From an uncultured Nitrososphaerota archaeon (GTDB taxonomy: Archaea; Thermoproteota; Nitrososphaeria; Nitrososphaerales; CADDZS01), in NCBI GenBank assembly GCA_963799845.1, contig CAWCYI010000001.1, positions 131,842 through 195,841 of the forward strand: a stretch of DNA of 64,000 nt. Reading direction: 5' to 3'. Below are positions 11,665 through 21,412 of the stretch, in pieces (within the stretch, counting starts at the first letter, position 1; each line of letters opens with the position of its first letter). The translations under genes were made by a program, and so were the position numbers. The notes beneath the pieces are model-generated. The model saw only the letters and a program-made list of their open reading frames with translations. It was not told the origin of the DNA and searched no databases.

Positions 11665-12086
11665 AAATCCAAAGAAAATAAAGAATAAATTAGTAATTAA
11701 GTACTAAGCCGAGCTTTAGGAGAGGAATATTTCCGAGCTTGAACAGCCAATTTGGAAATAGCGCAAGAGGACCTCAACAGTATGGTTTAACAGAAGAATG
11801 ATACTGTGCCAATATTCGAATACCGTGATATGGGTTCGGAGGGACTTGGTAACGACACATTCGTCAAAATCGTGCCCACAGAGTTAGGGGTCGTGGTATG
11901 GAGCACCGAAAGACTCGCACTTGCGACGCCTAACGTTATTCCCGGCCCAACTCAATTGAGGATCGTGAGTTCGAGTCCGGTGGGATTCTTGACCGACACC
12001 TGATTTTGAGGGTCGTGGGTTGGGGCCCCGCAGGCCCGTTATTTGTGATAATTTGGGATTGTCGCGACTTGTGGATCAGGCAATAT

Positions 12087-12278
12087 TCAGAATTGGTAGA
12101 TACTGGATTTTGCATACGCCGGATATCTGGAATAGATTTCTCGGAGGAGGTCGTCTAACTTCAAATGATAGTATTGATCCTTCAATTTGAGCTTACTTTT
12201 TTCGTTCTCTCGTTGCTGTGGATTTGAACCTAAGTTAAAGATGAGATTTTGATGGACCTCTGACCGTTTTCGTCGCAA
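12087..12278 (-). pseudogene. C-terminal remnant resembling DUF4065/SocA (Panacea)-like proteins
   Basis: 'LKLDDLLREIYSRYPAYAKSS' resembles the C-terminal LLxxVYxxYP motif of that family; no N-terminus is seen. Confidence 0.35.
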
Positions 12279-12492
12279 GCCGAAGACAGAAGTCCTTTCG
12301 CGAAAATGGATCGCTGATGCGTGATTCTGACCTTAATGCATCAATGTAATTTTTCCATCATCTGAGATTCGAATTCGATCTTGCTTACTGAGAATCTTCA
12401 GCCCTGCCTCTATGTCCCTGGGTTTTAGTTTCCCATTCAGTGCCGTTAGAAGATCTGCTCGAGTCTTACCGCCGTCTTTCAGCGCCGAACTA

Positions 12493-13616
12493 ACCTGGCC
12501 GACATAAATTATTAGACTGAAAGGGCCACAGACCTAGACATTCTCATTTTTGGCCAACTTCCCTTCCTATCTCAGGTTGTATGTCTCGATTACAGGCACC
12601 GAAGGAGATTGTTGAAGAGGCTTATAGAGAGGAGAGGGACGCAAACGTAAGCAAGAGGATATTCCTCGTTCTGAAGGTCAAGTACGAGGGTGTCCCGGCG
12701 TCGCACGTAGCAAGGGAAGTTCACCGGCACAAATCATGGACGACACCGTGGCTTAGACGTTTCGAGAAAGATGGGCTAGAAGGACTCAAGACGATGGAAA
12801 GGAGCGGGAGACCTCCGAAGCTCGATCACAACAAGTTCATTGCGGTGAAGAGGAAGGTCGTGAAGAACGAATGCGGCTGGACCGTGAAGGAGGTCAGGGA
12901 GATGATCCGCAAGGAAGCAGACGTGGCATACACTGAGAGACACATCTACAGGTTGATGCAGAAGTGGGGAGTGAGAGCAATTGTCCCTGACAAGAGGTTA
13001 CTTCACAAGGCTTCCCTCGAAGAGAGGCTCGAATTTAAAAAAGGACCGCAAGACTCCTCAGGAATATCCCGGAAGGCTTCACCGTAGCATCCGAAGACGA
13101 ATCAATCTTCGTCCAGAACATAGAAACCAAAAGGGTGTGGGCGGTCAAAGGGATTCGACCGATTCGGATTGTGTCAGGCTCGCACGGCAACACCGTGGTG
13201 TTTGGAGCGATCAGCCTGGACGGGACACAAATCTTCAGGCAGTACGAGAAATTCAATGGCGAGACATTCCTCGACTACCTGAAGAAGGTGCACAGGAAGT
13301 TTGGATCACTCTATCTCTTCCTTGACAAAGCAAGGCAACACCACAAAACCAGGATCGTAACTGATTATTTGGGTAAGAACAGGAAGACTCTCAGAGTCAG
13401 ATGGATCCCGACAGCTTCGCCAGAGTTCAACATGATGGAGGAGTGTTGGCGCGAGGGTGAGAAGGATCTCTCAAGGCTTCCAACCTTTCCGACGTCATTG
13501 AAAGAACTGAAATCAATCCTGGCAGAATACTATCGAACGCGAAGGTTTTGCTCGCATCTTGACATGAAGAAATTCCTTCTGACCAACAGGTGTCTATGAA
13601 CTTATGTCGGCCAGGT
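12493..13616 (+). mobile_element. IS630-family insertion sequence
   Basis: Terminal inverted repeats ACCTGGCCGACATAAATTATTAGAC / GTCTATGAACTTATGTCGGCCAGGT, flanked by TA duplication at 12491-12492 and 13617-13618. Confidence 0.93.
12581..13599 (+). CDS. IS630 transposase (HTH ORF plus DDE ORF in the -1 frame, joined at TTTAAAAAAG ~13034-13043)
   Basis: HTH 'RSGRPPKL'; DDE motifs EDES, LDKA, SPEFNMMEECW. Confidence 0.9.
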
Positions 13617-14293
13617 TAATTTGCTTCACGAGCATCTTCTCCTCGGCAACCTTTCGAAGCTTTCTCGCGATGGGAACATTTATTCCGTATTTTTCTTTGA
13701 GCTCGTTACACTTTTCATACAGCCCCATCTCCCATAATTTGCCACTCCTATCAGACTGGATTATACATTCTTCGAATACAGTTTTGTAGTCTACGCCTGA
13801 CCTAGCGATCAGAGACATGTCATCAAGATCCCGGTCTCTGTCGGTCACACCTTTCATCAAGAATATATCTTCTTTTGACAACTCGGACAAAGACAGTTTT
13901 GTCTTGCTGCGAGAGAGTTTTGAGCGCGACCGAATGCTCTTTGTCAGCGCGAGCTTGTTTGCGACAACTTTAGTAAAAATATCCCATCGGAACCCATCAT
14001 CATTTTCATAGATTCGTGCAGAAAGGTCTTGGTAATCCTTCGTCATCGAGTTGATTGGCAGGGATCTGTAACCCGAGTTCTGCAATGCCGTAATCAGCAT
14101 CTCTAATTGGGCTCTATTTTCCACAACGATGTCTATGTCCTTTGTTCCGGCCTTGAGTCCATTTGTTGCCATGACAAAGCCTCCGGCTACGTAGATCTTG
14201 AGAGGGTTCTCAAGAGCCTTCTCAAGCTTGTTCAGTTCATTTTCTATGTACTCTTGACTGAATTCTTGTCGTCTATTTTGCAACGTTAATTTC

Positions 14294-15383
14294 TAGGAGT
14301 TACGCGGTTGACCCAAGAAGATAGATTGGGTGTGCAATGTCAGCTCCTTATCGCATCTCTGACGATTCTCGCCTTCGCTTCGTACCAGCTTATCCCGGTC
14401 ATCAATCTGCACAATTCTAGACGTATGAACGCCCTTATTGACATGTGGATGTGATTCAGAATGGATGTCGCCTTCCTGACCTGAGCCCTCTCAATGCCAC
14501 AACACTGCTTGACTCCTCTGTGGTACTCCTCGATTCCCCATCCTTGGTCAGAGAGTTCATCTCTCTTTTCCTCATTCATCCCAACGTCATCGGTAGCCCA
14601 GTGTTCAATGTCTCCTTTCTTGGAGGCTGTCCTGAACACCCTGACCATTCCGAATCCCATGAGATGAACCGTGGTTCCCTCAGGCGGGATCTCCACGTCC
14701 TTGATTGGTTTGTTTCCTTTTTTTCTGCCCGTTGGATTGACGAGCCTGTTCTCCTTGAGGCGGCAGAAGAAATGCCACCCGAGCTCCCTTGCGATGAGCT
14801 TCAGATTTTCCATGCTCGAGTACCAGCTGTCAAAGAGGACGTATTTTGGTTCCATCCCTCTCTGCTTTGCAACCAACAACATGTCCTGGAAGTGATCGTT
14901 CTTGGTGAGACCGTCTTTTGACGCATTGTAGAGTCTAAAGTCACATGGAATGAGGGCGTTACCATCGCTCCATAGTGTTGTGATGAGATTTATCCCCTTC
15001 ACCACACTGTGGTGTTTTCCGCTCCAGTGGTACGTGACGTAATCCATCTTCTCCGCGTACGGTTTGTCCAGAGTTGAATCATCGACTATCAGTACTCCTC
15101 CCGCAGTAACGGCGATGATCCTCTTCGCCTCATCCCAGAGCGCTTCTGTATCCGCAGGCAGTCTCTCCAGAAGGCGGGTGAAGCTATCGTGTGCTGGCGG
15201 CGTGACTCCTGCATCATCATCAGGCTGACATCTAGCAGCTTCGGTGCAAGCGAATGATTTCTGGGATGCTATCAGGAAGTCTATGTAGTCATTGTCATCG
15301 CATTTTGGAGGGTTCATGCAGCGTCTGATGAACCAGAGAAACAATCCTGGCCAAATTCTTTTCGGCCAAATGCGTAACTCCTA
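14294..15383 (-). mobile_element. IS701-family insertion sequence
   Basis: Inverted ends TAGGAGTTACGC; flanking direct repeat ATTTC at 14289-14293 and 15384-15388 (9-bp TAATTTCTA if the ends are taken as GGAG/CTCC). Confidence 0.88.
14340..15317 (-). CDS. IS701-family DDE transposase
   Basis: MNPPKCDDNDYIDFLIAS N-terminus, VDDSTLDKPY, FDSWY, WGIEEYHRGVKQ. The stop at 14340 probably comes from a 1-nt insertion (other frame reads ...YIAHPIYLLGSTA*). Confidence 0.88.
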   Translation of the reverse strand: MNPPKCDDNDYIDFLIASQKSFACTEAARCQPDDDAGVTPPAHDSFTRLLERLPADTEALWDEAKRIIAVTAGGVLIVDDSTLDKPYAEKMDYVTYHWSGKHHSVVKGINLITTLWSDGNALIPCDFRLYNASKDGLTKNDHFQDMLLVAKQRGMEPKYVLFDSWYSSMENLKLIARELGWHFFCRLKENRLVNPTGRKKGNKPIKDVEIPPEGTTVHLMGFGMVRVFRTASKKGDIEHWATDDVGMNEEKRDELSDQGWGIEEYHRGVKQCCGIERAQVRKATSILNHIHMSIRAFIRLELCRLMTGISWYEAKARIVRDAIRS

Positions 15384-16338
15384 ATTTCTATTCCGTAAAC
15401 GTTAGCCTGTTCCTTGAGCTCTCCCCAACTTGGTAGTGGCCATACGCGCTCCTTGCCTTTAGAGTGGATATAGCGAACAATATTTTCTACGTCCCTAGTC
15501 AAATTGTATCTCTGCGATCTTTTCATCAGCGATTCTAAGTCCATTTTTTTGTACTTCTTAAGAATGAGGAGTAAGGCGTAGATCGCATAAGTTTGGCTTC
15601 CCGGGTCAATCATCAGCGTATGAAGAACTATATCATCCAAAGATAGCTTTGCGCCACCTGGCGAGTAATAGTAATACGTCTCATTGGTGAACAACTGTAT
15701 TTCGTATTCGGCGTAGACGCTCAGAGCTGTTCTAAGGAAGTGCTTTGGAATATTCTTCCCATCTTCGTCATCCCCCTTTCTTACTTTGAAAAGAAAGCTG
15801 TATCCTTTCTGCCATAATACGACTGCATTTGAAGGCAGGATTTCCTCTGCAAACTGTCTAGTAATATGATCGGCATACTCTCTTGCAAAGTGGCTTATCC
15901 TCGAGTTGAGCGTAGTGTTGTTGCTGGTATTCTTTGGAATCAGGCCGTGCATTGAGAGGTTTCGTTGCGCACGCCATTTTGTTGTGTCAGACAGCCCTCT
16001 TTCAAAATCACTTTCTCCTGTCGTTCTTGTAAGAAGTACAGCCATGTTAGAATAAGAAAGCACTTTTTCCCAAGGCACGTAAGGCTCGGCTTTTACTAAC
16101 TCAGAGAGAAGCTGGGCATAGTTTGCTTCAGCTATCACAGCTGTCTTCTTCATTCCCTCTCTCCTCGTCTCCACGATCCCCTTGTCCTCGAGGCTTTTGA
16201 TTACCCGTGATGTCCAGCCCTCTGATGAGCGTAGTCTTTTTGCAGCTCACTTATCGATAGCTTACGCTGGTGGGAAATTGTTCTTGTTGCTGCTATTTCG
16301 TCCTTAGTAAGGGCGTAATCGGGCATCGGTTCTTTCAT
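15384..16338 (-). CDS. wHTH-containing putative antitoxin/regulator of the nucleotidyltransferase; 3' end interrupted by IS701, frameshift near 16245
   Basis: N-terminus from ATG 16338 plus 'SEGWTSRVIKSLEDKGIVETRREG' wHTH. Without the IS it ends ...VYGIEINVAK* (stop 14273-14275), overlapping the NTase start. Confidence 0.75.
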
Positions 16339-16343
16339 AGCAT

Positions 16344-16392
16344 TATTTCATAAGAGTAAAATACTATATAAGGACTTGCGTCTTATGCAATA
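16344..16392 (-). promoter_or_regulatory. Inverted repeat flanking the TATA box of the wHTH-NTase operon
   Basis: TATTTCATAAGA (16344-16355) and TCTTATGCAATA (16381-16392), one mismatch, with minus-strand CTTATATAG between them. Confidence 0.6.
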
Positions 16393-16648
16393 GAAGCTGA
16401 TGTCTTTCCCATTTTACCAACCGGACTTCGGTCGGATCTGTGGAGGGCACTTCAAGCTAAAACTTGAAGATCTTCTCATGTGCGATTTCTTCCATTCTAA
16501 TTCCACTATAGGCCCTTCAATCTCTGCCACTGAAGGAATATGCTTTGGACTATCGAAAACTCCAGAAAAAGGAGCCTTGACAGGAGAAGAATGCTTCGCC
16601 TGTAAATAGTAGACAGTTGATAGCTCAGAGTGGGAAACGAGCGATGTA

Positions 16649-16792
16649 ATGGTAAGTTCAGAGTTTTGTGATATGTGCGGATCTGACGAAGAAGTAAGTT
16701 ACTGCTCGACCCACAAGAAATTTCTCTGTTTGACCTACGATTGGAAATTGCATTCGGTGGAAATTAAGCGGGCGTACGAACTCTACAGTTAG
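16649..16792 (+). CDS. 47-aa B-box-like zinc-finger microprotein, copy 1
   Basis: Hand translation MVSSEFCDMCGSDEEVSYCSTHKKFLCLTYDWKLHSVEIKRAYELYS; below the ORF-track cutoff. Confidence 0.65.
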   Translation: MVSSEFCDMCGSDEEVSYCSTHKKFLCLTYDWKLHSVEIKRAYELYS

Positions 16793-16806
16793 TAGCAGAT
16801 CAATAA

Positions 16807-17043
16807 TTGACTACCGAGGCGTTCCTTCTGATCAACGTGGATCCGGGGACCCAAGCGCAGGTAACCCAGGAGTTGAAATCAATTCAAAAAGTCAGGAAGG
16901 TCCATCCCACGTATGGAGTCTACGATTTTATAGTAAAGCTAGAGGCCGAAACTCAGGAGGAGCTCAAGGAAGTTATTACTTATCAAATCAGAGCGCTGCG
17001 AAACGTTAGGACAATACTTACGATCGTTGTTGCAGGGAAATGA
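16807..17043 (+). CDS. Stand-alone Lrp/AsnC ligand-binding (RAM) domain protein, copy 1
   Basis: AFLLINV..G...TYGVYDFIVKLEA...IRAL..VRTxLT; no HTH. Confidence 0.9.
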   Translation: MTTEAFLLINVDPGTQAQVTQELKSIQKVRKVHPTYGVYDFIVKLEAETQEELKEVITYQIRALRNVRTILTIVVAGK

Positions 17044-17103
17044 AAAGTAAAACAATTCACCGGCCGCAATGAAATGAAGTATTCAGGAAGACGAATCTCT
17101 TCA

Positions 17104-17211
17104 TTGCCTCTGATGGTGACCTGTCAGAACTGCGGTCATCCCTTTCCCTCTAAAGTCCTGCAGTCAAGTCTTTGGATGACTCAATCTCCTGTCAGCGTTT
17201 CGCAGTCTTGA
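17104..17211 (+). pseudogene. Zn-ribbon microprotein start (CQNCGH), apparently truncated
   Basis: MPLMVTCQNCGHPFPSKVLQ...; the second CxxC is absent. Confidence 0.4.
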
Positions 17212-17312
17212 TATTTCAGTGGACTTTGATTCGCCGATTTCTGCGAACCGGCAAGTACCGTCTTATCCTGCGAAGTAACTTGTGAAGATATAAGACAGGT
17301 TAATCGCTCTCT

Positions 17313-17456
17313 ATGTGTGAGAAACGTAGCGACTTTCCTAACGAATCATCTACAGCCGAGACGGGCTGTTGCACGTGTTCATGCCCACGGGATGCAATAT
17401 CGACCGCTCTCCTGTGGGGAAAAATCTGCAGCCAGTGCCAGCACACTTTTTCTTAA
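17313..17456 (+). CDS. 47-aa Cys-rich microprotein
   Basis: MCEKRSDFPNESSTAETGCCTCSCPRDAISTALLWGKICSQCQHTFS; GATATAAG box ~25 bp upstream of the ATG. Confidence 0.45.
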   Translation: MCEKRSDFPNESSTAETGCCTCSCPRDAISTALLWGKICSQCQHTFS

Positions 17457-17560
17457 TTGTAAAGCCTGTCTTTAGTGATTTTGAAAGATAAGTATCCCAA
17501 ATCCAGAGCTGGAAGCCTGAAGGCAAAATACAACCAATTAGAAATAATTACGATCTCAAG

Positions 17561-18196
17561 ATGCTGAACCAGGAAGTCAGCGATTTTCTGAAGGAATTTG
17601 ATGCTGGGACGCATGCTGTCCTCTTCTATGATAATCAAGAGTCTAAACGCGAACTTCTATTCAGTCATCTGAAATTTGGTCAGAATTATCAGGGCTTAGC
17701 CTACGTGTGTTCAGAGGAAAGCCCGGAGCAGATTCGCAGCGAGATGATACAATTTGGGTTAGAAGCTAATACTGTCAAGGGAAACCAAAGATTGACAATT
17801 GCCAATTATGACGACGTTTACATCGTAAACGGAGAATTGAACATACCTGCCATCATTGGCAAATTCGCAAGTCTCGTGGATTCCTACAAAGAACGCGGCC
17901 TTTCTGGATTGAGAGCTGCCGCAGAGATGTCCTGTTTTTTCCAACATGACAAGGTGGAGGAGATGATATCTTATGAGAAGGCGCTGCACAGAAAGTTTTC
18001 ATTTTCCGCCAAAGGAATTTGCGCTTACAATGTTATGGAAATGCTAAGGTCAGGCCACATGGACGTCTTCATGAGTCTTGTCAAGGCTCACGATCCAATT
18101 ATCTATGCAACCCCGAGGGGATTCTTGCTCTTGAAACCTCAAAAAGTTCAACCAAGAGACTTTGAAACGGTGATGCAGGTAAATGTCCGGAACTGA
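17561..18196 (+). CDS. Stand-alone MEDS (DcmR-like sensory) domain protein
   Basis: GTHAVLFY, GLRAAAEMS, YEKALH, GICAY, HDPII motifs. Confidence 0.85.
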   Translation: MLNQEVSDFLKEFDAGTHAVLFYDNQESKRELLFSHLKFGQNYQGLAYVCSEESPEQIRSEMIQFGLEANTVKGNQRLTIANYDDVYIVNGELNIPAIIGKFASLVDSYKERGLSGLRAAAEMSCFFQHDKVEEMISYEKALHRKFSFSAKGICAYNVMEMLRSGHMDVFMSLVKAHDPIIYATPRGFLLLKPQKVQPRDFETVMQVNVRN

Positions 18197-18928
18197 ATTT
18201 CGCAGTCGTGTCGCAAACGCCGGAGCAGACAATCCCTCGGGGATCGCAGCTCAGCCAATATGGCTTCCAGGATACGGCAAATATCCAATTCACCATTTAT
18301 TCCAAGCCTAATTCAGAATCAAAGGCGTGTGAATTTTTCTGCCCCGGAATGCATGAAAGCTGTTTATCATTTCCAGACCAACCCAGATTTCTCAGACTAT
18401 GACGTGCAGGATGTTCGATTGGGCGATCTGATAAGAGTATATCAAATCTGGAAATGTCTATTCGCCTATGATTGTTGAAATGTAGATTTTTAGTGCCTGT
18501 CGAACACAACGTTAGCTGGCCAAGTTATTCGATCTTAGGCCGAAGCGATCCGCTTACAGCAACTTCGTAGAATCGACTTTTCAACAATCATGCGGCCAGG
18601 TTTTCCTAAGTTAAAACAAAAATTAGTCCCACAAATGTCATCAGAAAGTTACGTTACTATGCACAAATTTAGAGCAAGCCGCAATGGTCGATTTTTCATT
18701 CAGCGTTTCCCTCCAATATCGTTGGATCGCTTAGGATATTACCCATTTTCTCAGCTTTAAGATAATTTTGTGCAGTGATCGTTTTCCCAAATAAGAAGAT
18801 TCCATAGATCGTGCGTGAAATCGAACATGGACATGATAATCCTGATAAATTGAGATTTGAAAGCTCACAATAGTTTCGAGCTTTAGGCGATTAATTTTGA
18901 TAATTTACGAATAAAGAAGTACAAAAAA

Positions 18929-20158
18929 ATGATGCAGCTTCCGAGACAGATCTGGATAGTATTCGTACTCGGAACTCTGAATTCTCTCGGTTGGTCTGCG
19001 ACGATGCCGTTTTTGGCCGTTTACCTCGAAGTCGCAAGGCATGTTCCACTTTCGATCATCGGGTTGGCCTACCTTGCGACAGGACTAGTCACACTTGTAA
19101 GTCAGTTGATTGGCGGACGATTGACCGATTCGCTGGGGCCCAAGCGGGTTTTGCTGACAGGATATGGGAGTTCAATTGTAGCTTCAATCGTTCTCGGATT
19201 AACTCTACAGTTTAGATCGAGCGTCGAAATCATTCTTCTACTTTATCCAATATTCAGCTTTGTAAGGACATTTTCGCAGCCAGCAACTTTCGCGATCGTG
19301 TCAGGCGAAAGTACGGGCAATGTAAGAACGGGCTTCTCCATACTTGCCATAGGAGGAAATCTCGGATTTGCAATCGGTCCGGCACTTGGAGGAATACTCG
19401 CCCAGGTCTACAGTTATTCGACCGTATTCTTGCTGAGCGCCGCTTCCGCCGTAGTCGTCGGACTAATCACACTGTTTATGATAGAAGGAGGTCCCATCGT
19501 GAGTCGTACAAAACTTTCTCAACCGGTGAAAAGGTTTCTCAACTGGAGGGAAGACAAAAATCTGATTGTTTTTCTAGTCCTCACTCTCGCCTCTTTTCTC
19601 ATAGTCGGCTACGAGACAACTCCGCTTTCTCTTTACGTCGCAGGATTTCTTCAGCTTTTCAAACGAACAGATAGGCTTCCTCTTTGCAACCAATGGCATT
19701 GTAATCGTGATACTTCAGCTTCCACTTACGAGGTTGATCGAAAAAAGATCCGAACGCTAGTCATGCCAATGATTGCTTCCTCCATAGCTGCTGCAGTTGC
19801 GTTCTTCGTAGCTTCGGTATCCACCACTTTTCTTCAGATGGAAATCGTCACTTTCATCGTCACTCTCGGAGAAATCTTTCAAACCGTTCCGGCTCAAACA
19901 GTACTTTCGCTTTTCTCTAAATCCGGGAACAGAGGAACCTATCAGGGATACTATGCCGCCGTTACTAGCTCAGGCCGCTCACTTGCAAGCTTCTTCGGAC
20001 CATTGAGCTTCAGCGTGTTTTTCTTCAGGCCGAGTTGAGCTTGGATTCTGGTCGGAGTGATGTCGTTGGTTGTCGGTTTTGCTTTCCTTTTGCTCTCACC
20101 GGGTCTCCAAAAGGACTACGAAAACCAGAGTCGATCCGATGAGCAGTTAGTGGATTAA
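18929..20158 (+). CDS. MFS transporter (frameshifts at ~19655-19745 and ~20035)
   Basis: GGRLTDSLGPKRV motif A, GFAIGPALGG; alternative frames restore TM8 and the last TM. Confidence 0.85.
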
Positions 20159-20688
20159 GAAACACACGACAACACGACGACAGGTCTTATTACTGTACGA
20201 CTTACCATCTCTCTATGGTCACTACTCTAAACGATTCATTGCGAAATATGATTATGTTAGTAATCATCCTTGGTAACAATCTGCCATTGAGTTCCCTGTT
20301 AATTATAGGAACATTTTTGGGCGGACTATTGACATTCAATCAAAATTACTGAAATATGACACTGATAAATATCTATTGAGAACTGGTAGCTAGGTTTGAT
20401 AGGATAATTTCCCCGGGGTCTTTTTGTCAAGTATGTACGGAATAGACGTTTCGATGCCACGGGGTCCAACTTGGATCGTTGTTTCCCAAAATATTCAAGA
20501 GTCACTAATACGGATTAATTTCTTTACTCACGCCTAGTCCTCTCTTTTCATGCGGCTTGTAATCCCAGTGAAGTAATTGAGAGACTAAACTGCTCAATGT
20601 TCAGATGTGATGTCTCCATAGTGTTCGATTGTTTGACCCAGTTCTCAGTGTCCTGAACAGATTCGCTTTATTTCTTTGAGAATAGCTG

Positions 20689-21405
20689 TTAGCTTTGCCG
20701 CCACCTAGCAAGCTTCGCTGCGAGACCGATCAGAAGAAAAGTGTACAGAACTCCACCAGTCAAATCTAACAGAAGAGAATTTTGACTCAAATTTACGAGA
20801 CCGACGGCTTTCTGTACGATCTGTCCCGGGTAAGTCGTTGGAGCCAAGTAAGCAAGAAATCTGAACGATTCTGGTATGTAGCTTATTGGGTAGAAAATCG
20901 GAGGAAGAAAAGAAAGCATGACATTCAATAGAGGTGCGTAGACCCAAAGGTCTCTAATGTCGCGGGCAAAAGTGCTGATCATGAATCCGAGAGCCGAGAT
21001 AGACGCCCAGGTTATGATAGCGGCGATCGCAATTTCAATTCCTCCGACCAATGTCAGATGAACATAAAGTCCCAATAGCGCGGAAAAAAGAGCTATTCCT
21101 GCGAGGCCATTGCAGAGTTGGGCGATCGAGAGACCAGAGACGTATGTAACCGGTGAGAGTGGTGAGGAGACGAACATATCCTGGAGCTTGACTTCGAGCC
21201 TTATGAAAGCCGCCTCGGTTTCCAAGACTATGCAACTCCCGACAATGACGGCGATGAGCCCACCACCTAGAGCAAATACGACCTTCTGAGGGCCTGCAAA
21301 TATGTAGATGAAGAAGAGAATTGTAAGCGGACTAACAATAAAGTTGACGAGACTGAACGGAGACCTCCTGATGGGAAGGACGCCGTCGAACCAGACGAGA
21401 GCCAC
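20689..21405 (-). CDS. ABC-2 type exporter permease
   Basis: Six-TM protein with PPIFYPISYIP...LAPTTY; directly follows the ATPase gene. Confidence 0.85.
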   Translation of the reverse strand: MALVWFDGVLPIRRSPFSLVNFIVSPLTILFFIYIFAGPQKVVFALGGGLIAVIVGSCIVLETEAAFIRLEVKLQDMFVSSPLSPVTYVSGLSIAQLCNGLAGIALFSALLGLYVHLTLVGGIEIAIAAIITWASISALGFMISTFARDIRDLWVYAPLLNVMLSFLPPIFYPISYIPESFRFLAYLAPTTYPGQIVQKAVGLVNLSQNSLLLDLTGGVLYTFLLIGLAAKLARWRQS

Positions 21406-21412
21406 TACTGCC

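Larger units (their letters stand above)
12333..14283 (-). pseudogene. DUF6036/AbiEii-like nucleotidyltransferase with C-terminal wHTH, interrupted by IS630
   Basis: YVAGG...TKDIDIV and RDRDLDD motifs. Removing 12493-13616 plus one TA restores '...KQISSALKDGGKTRADLLTALNGKLKPRDIEAGLKILSKQDRIRISDDGKITLMH*' (stop 12333-12335). Confidence 0.85.
16600..17141 (+). repeat. ~540 bp direct repeat, copy 1
   Basis: Aligns end to end with 40584-41127, from CTGTA(A/T)ATA(G/C)TAGACAG to GGTCATCC, with scattered substitutions. Confidence 0.95.

Noticed and set aside
11955-11990. GTGAGTTCGAGTCC T-loop-like motif
   Set aside because: No complementary T-stem or cloverleaf.
16400-16609. 69-aa ORF with scattered Cys
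   Set aside because: No recognisable motif; probably intergenic.
20215-20536. AT-rich gene-like stretch with in-frame stops
   Set aside because: No identifiable family; cannot support a call.
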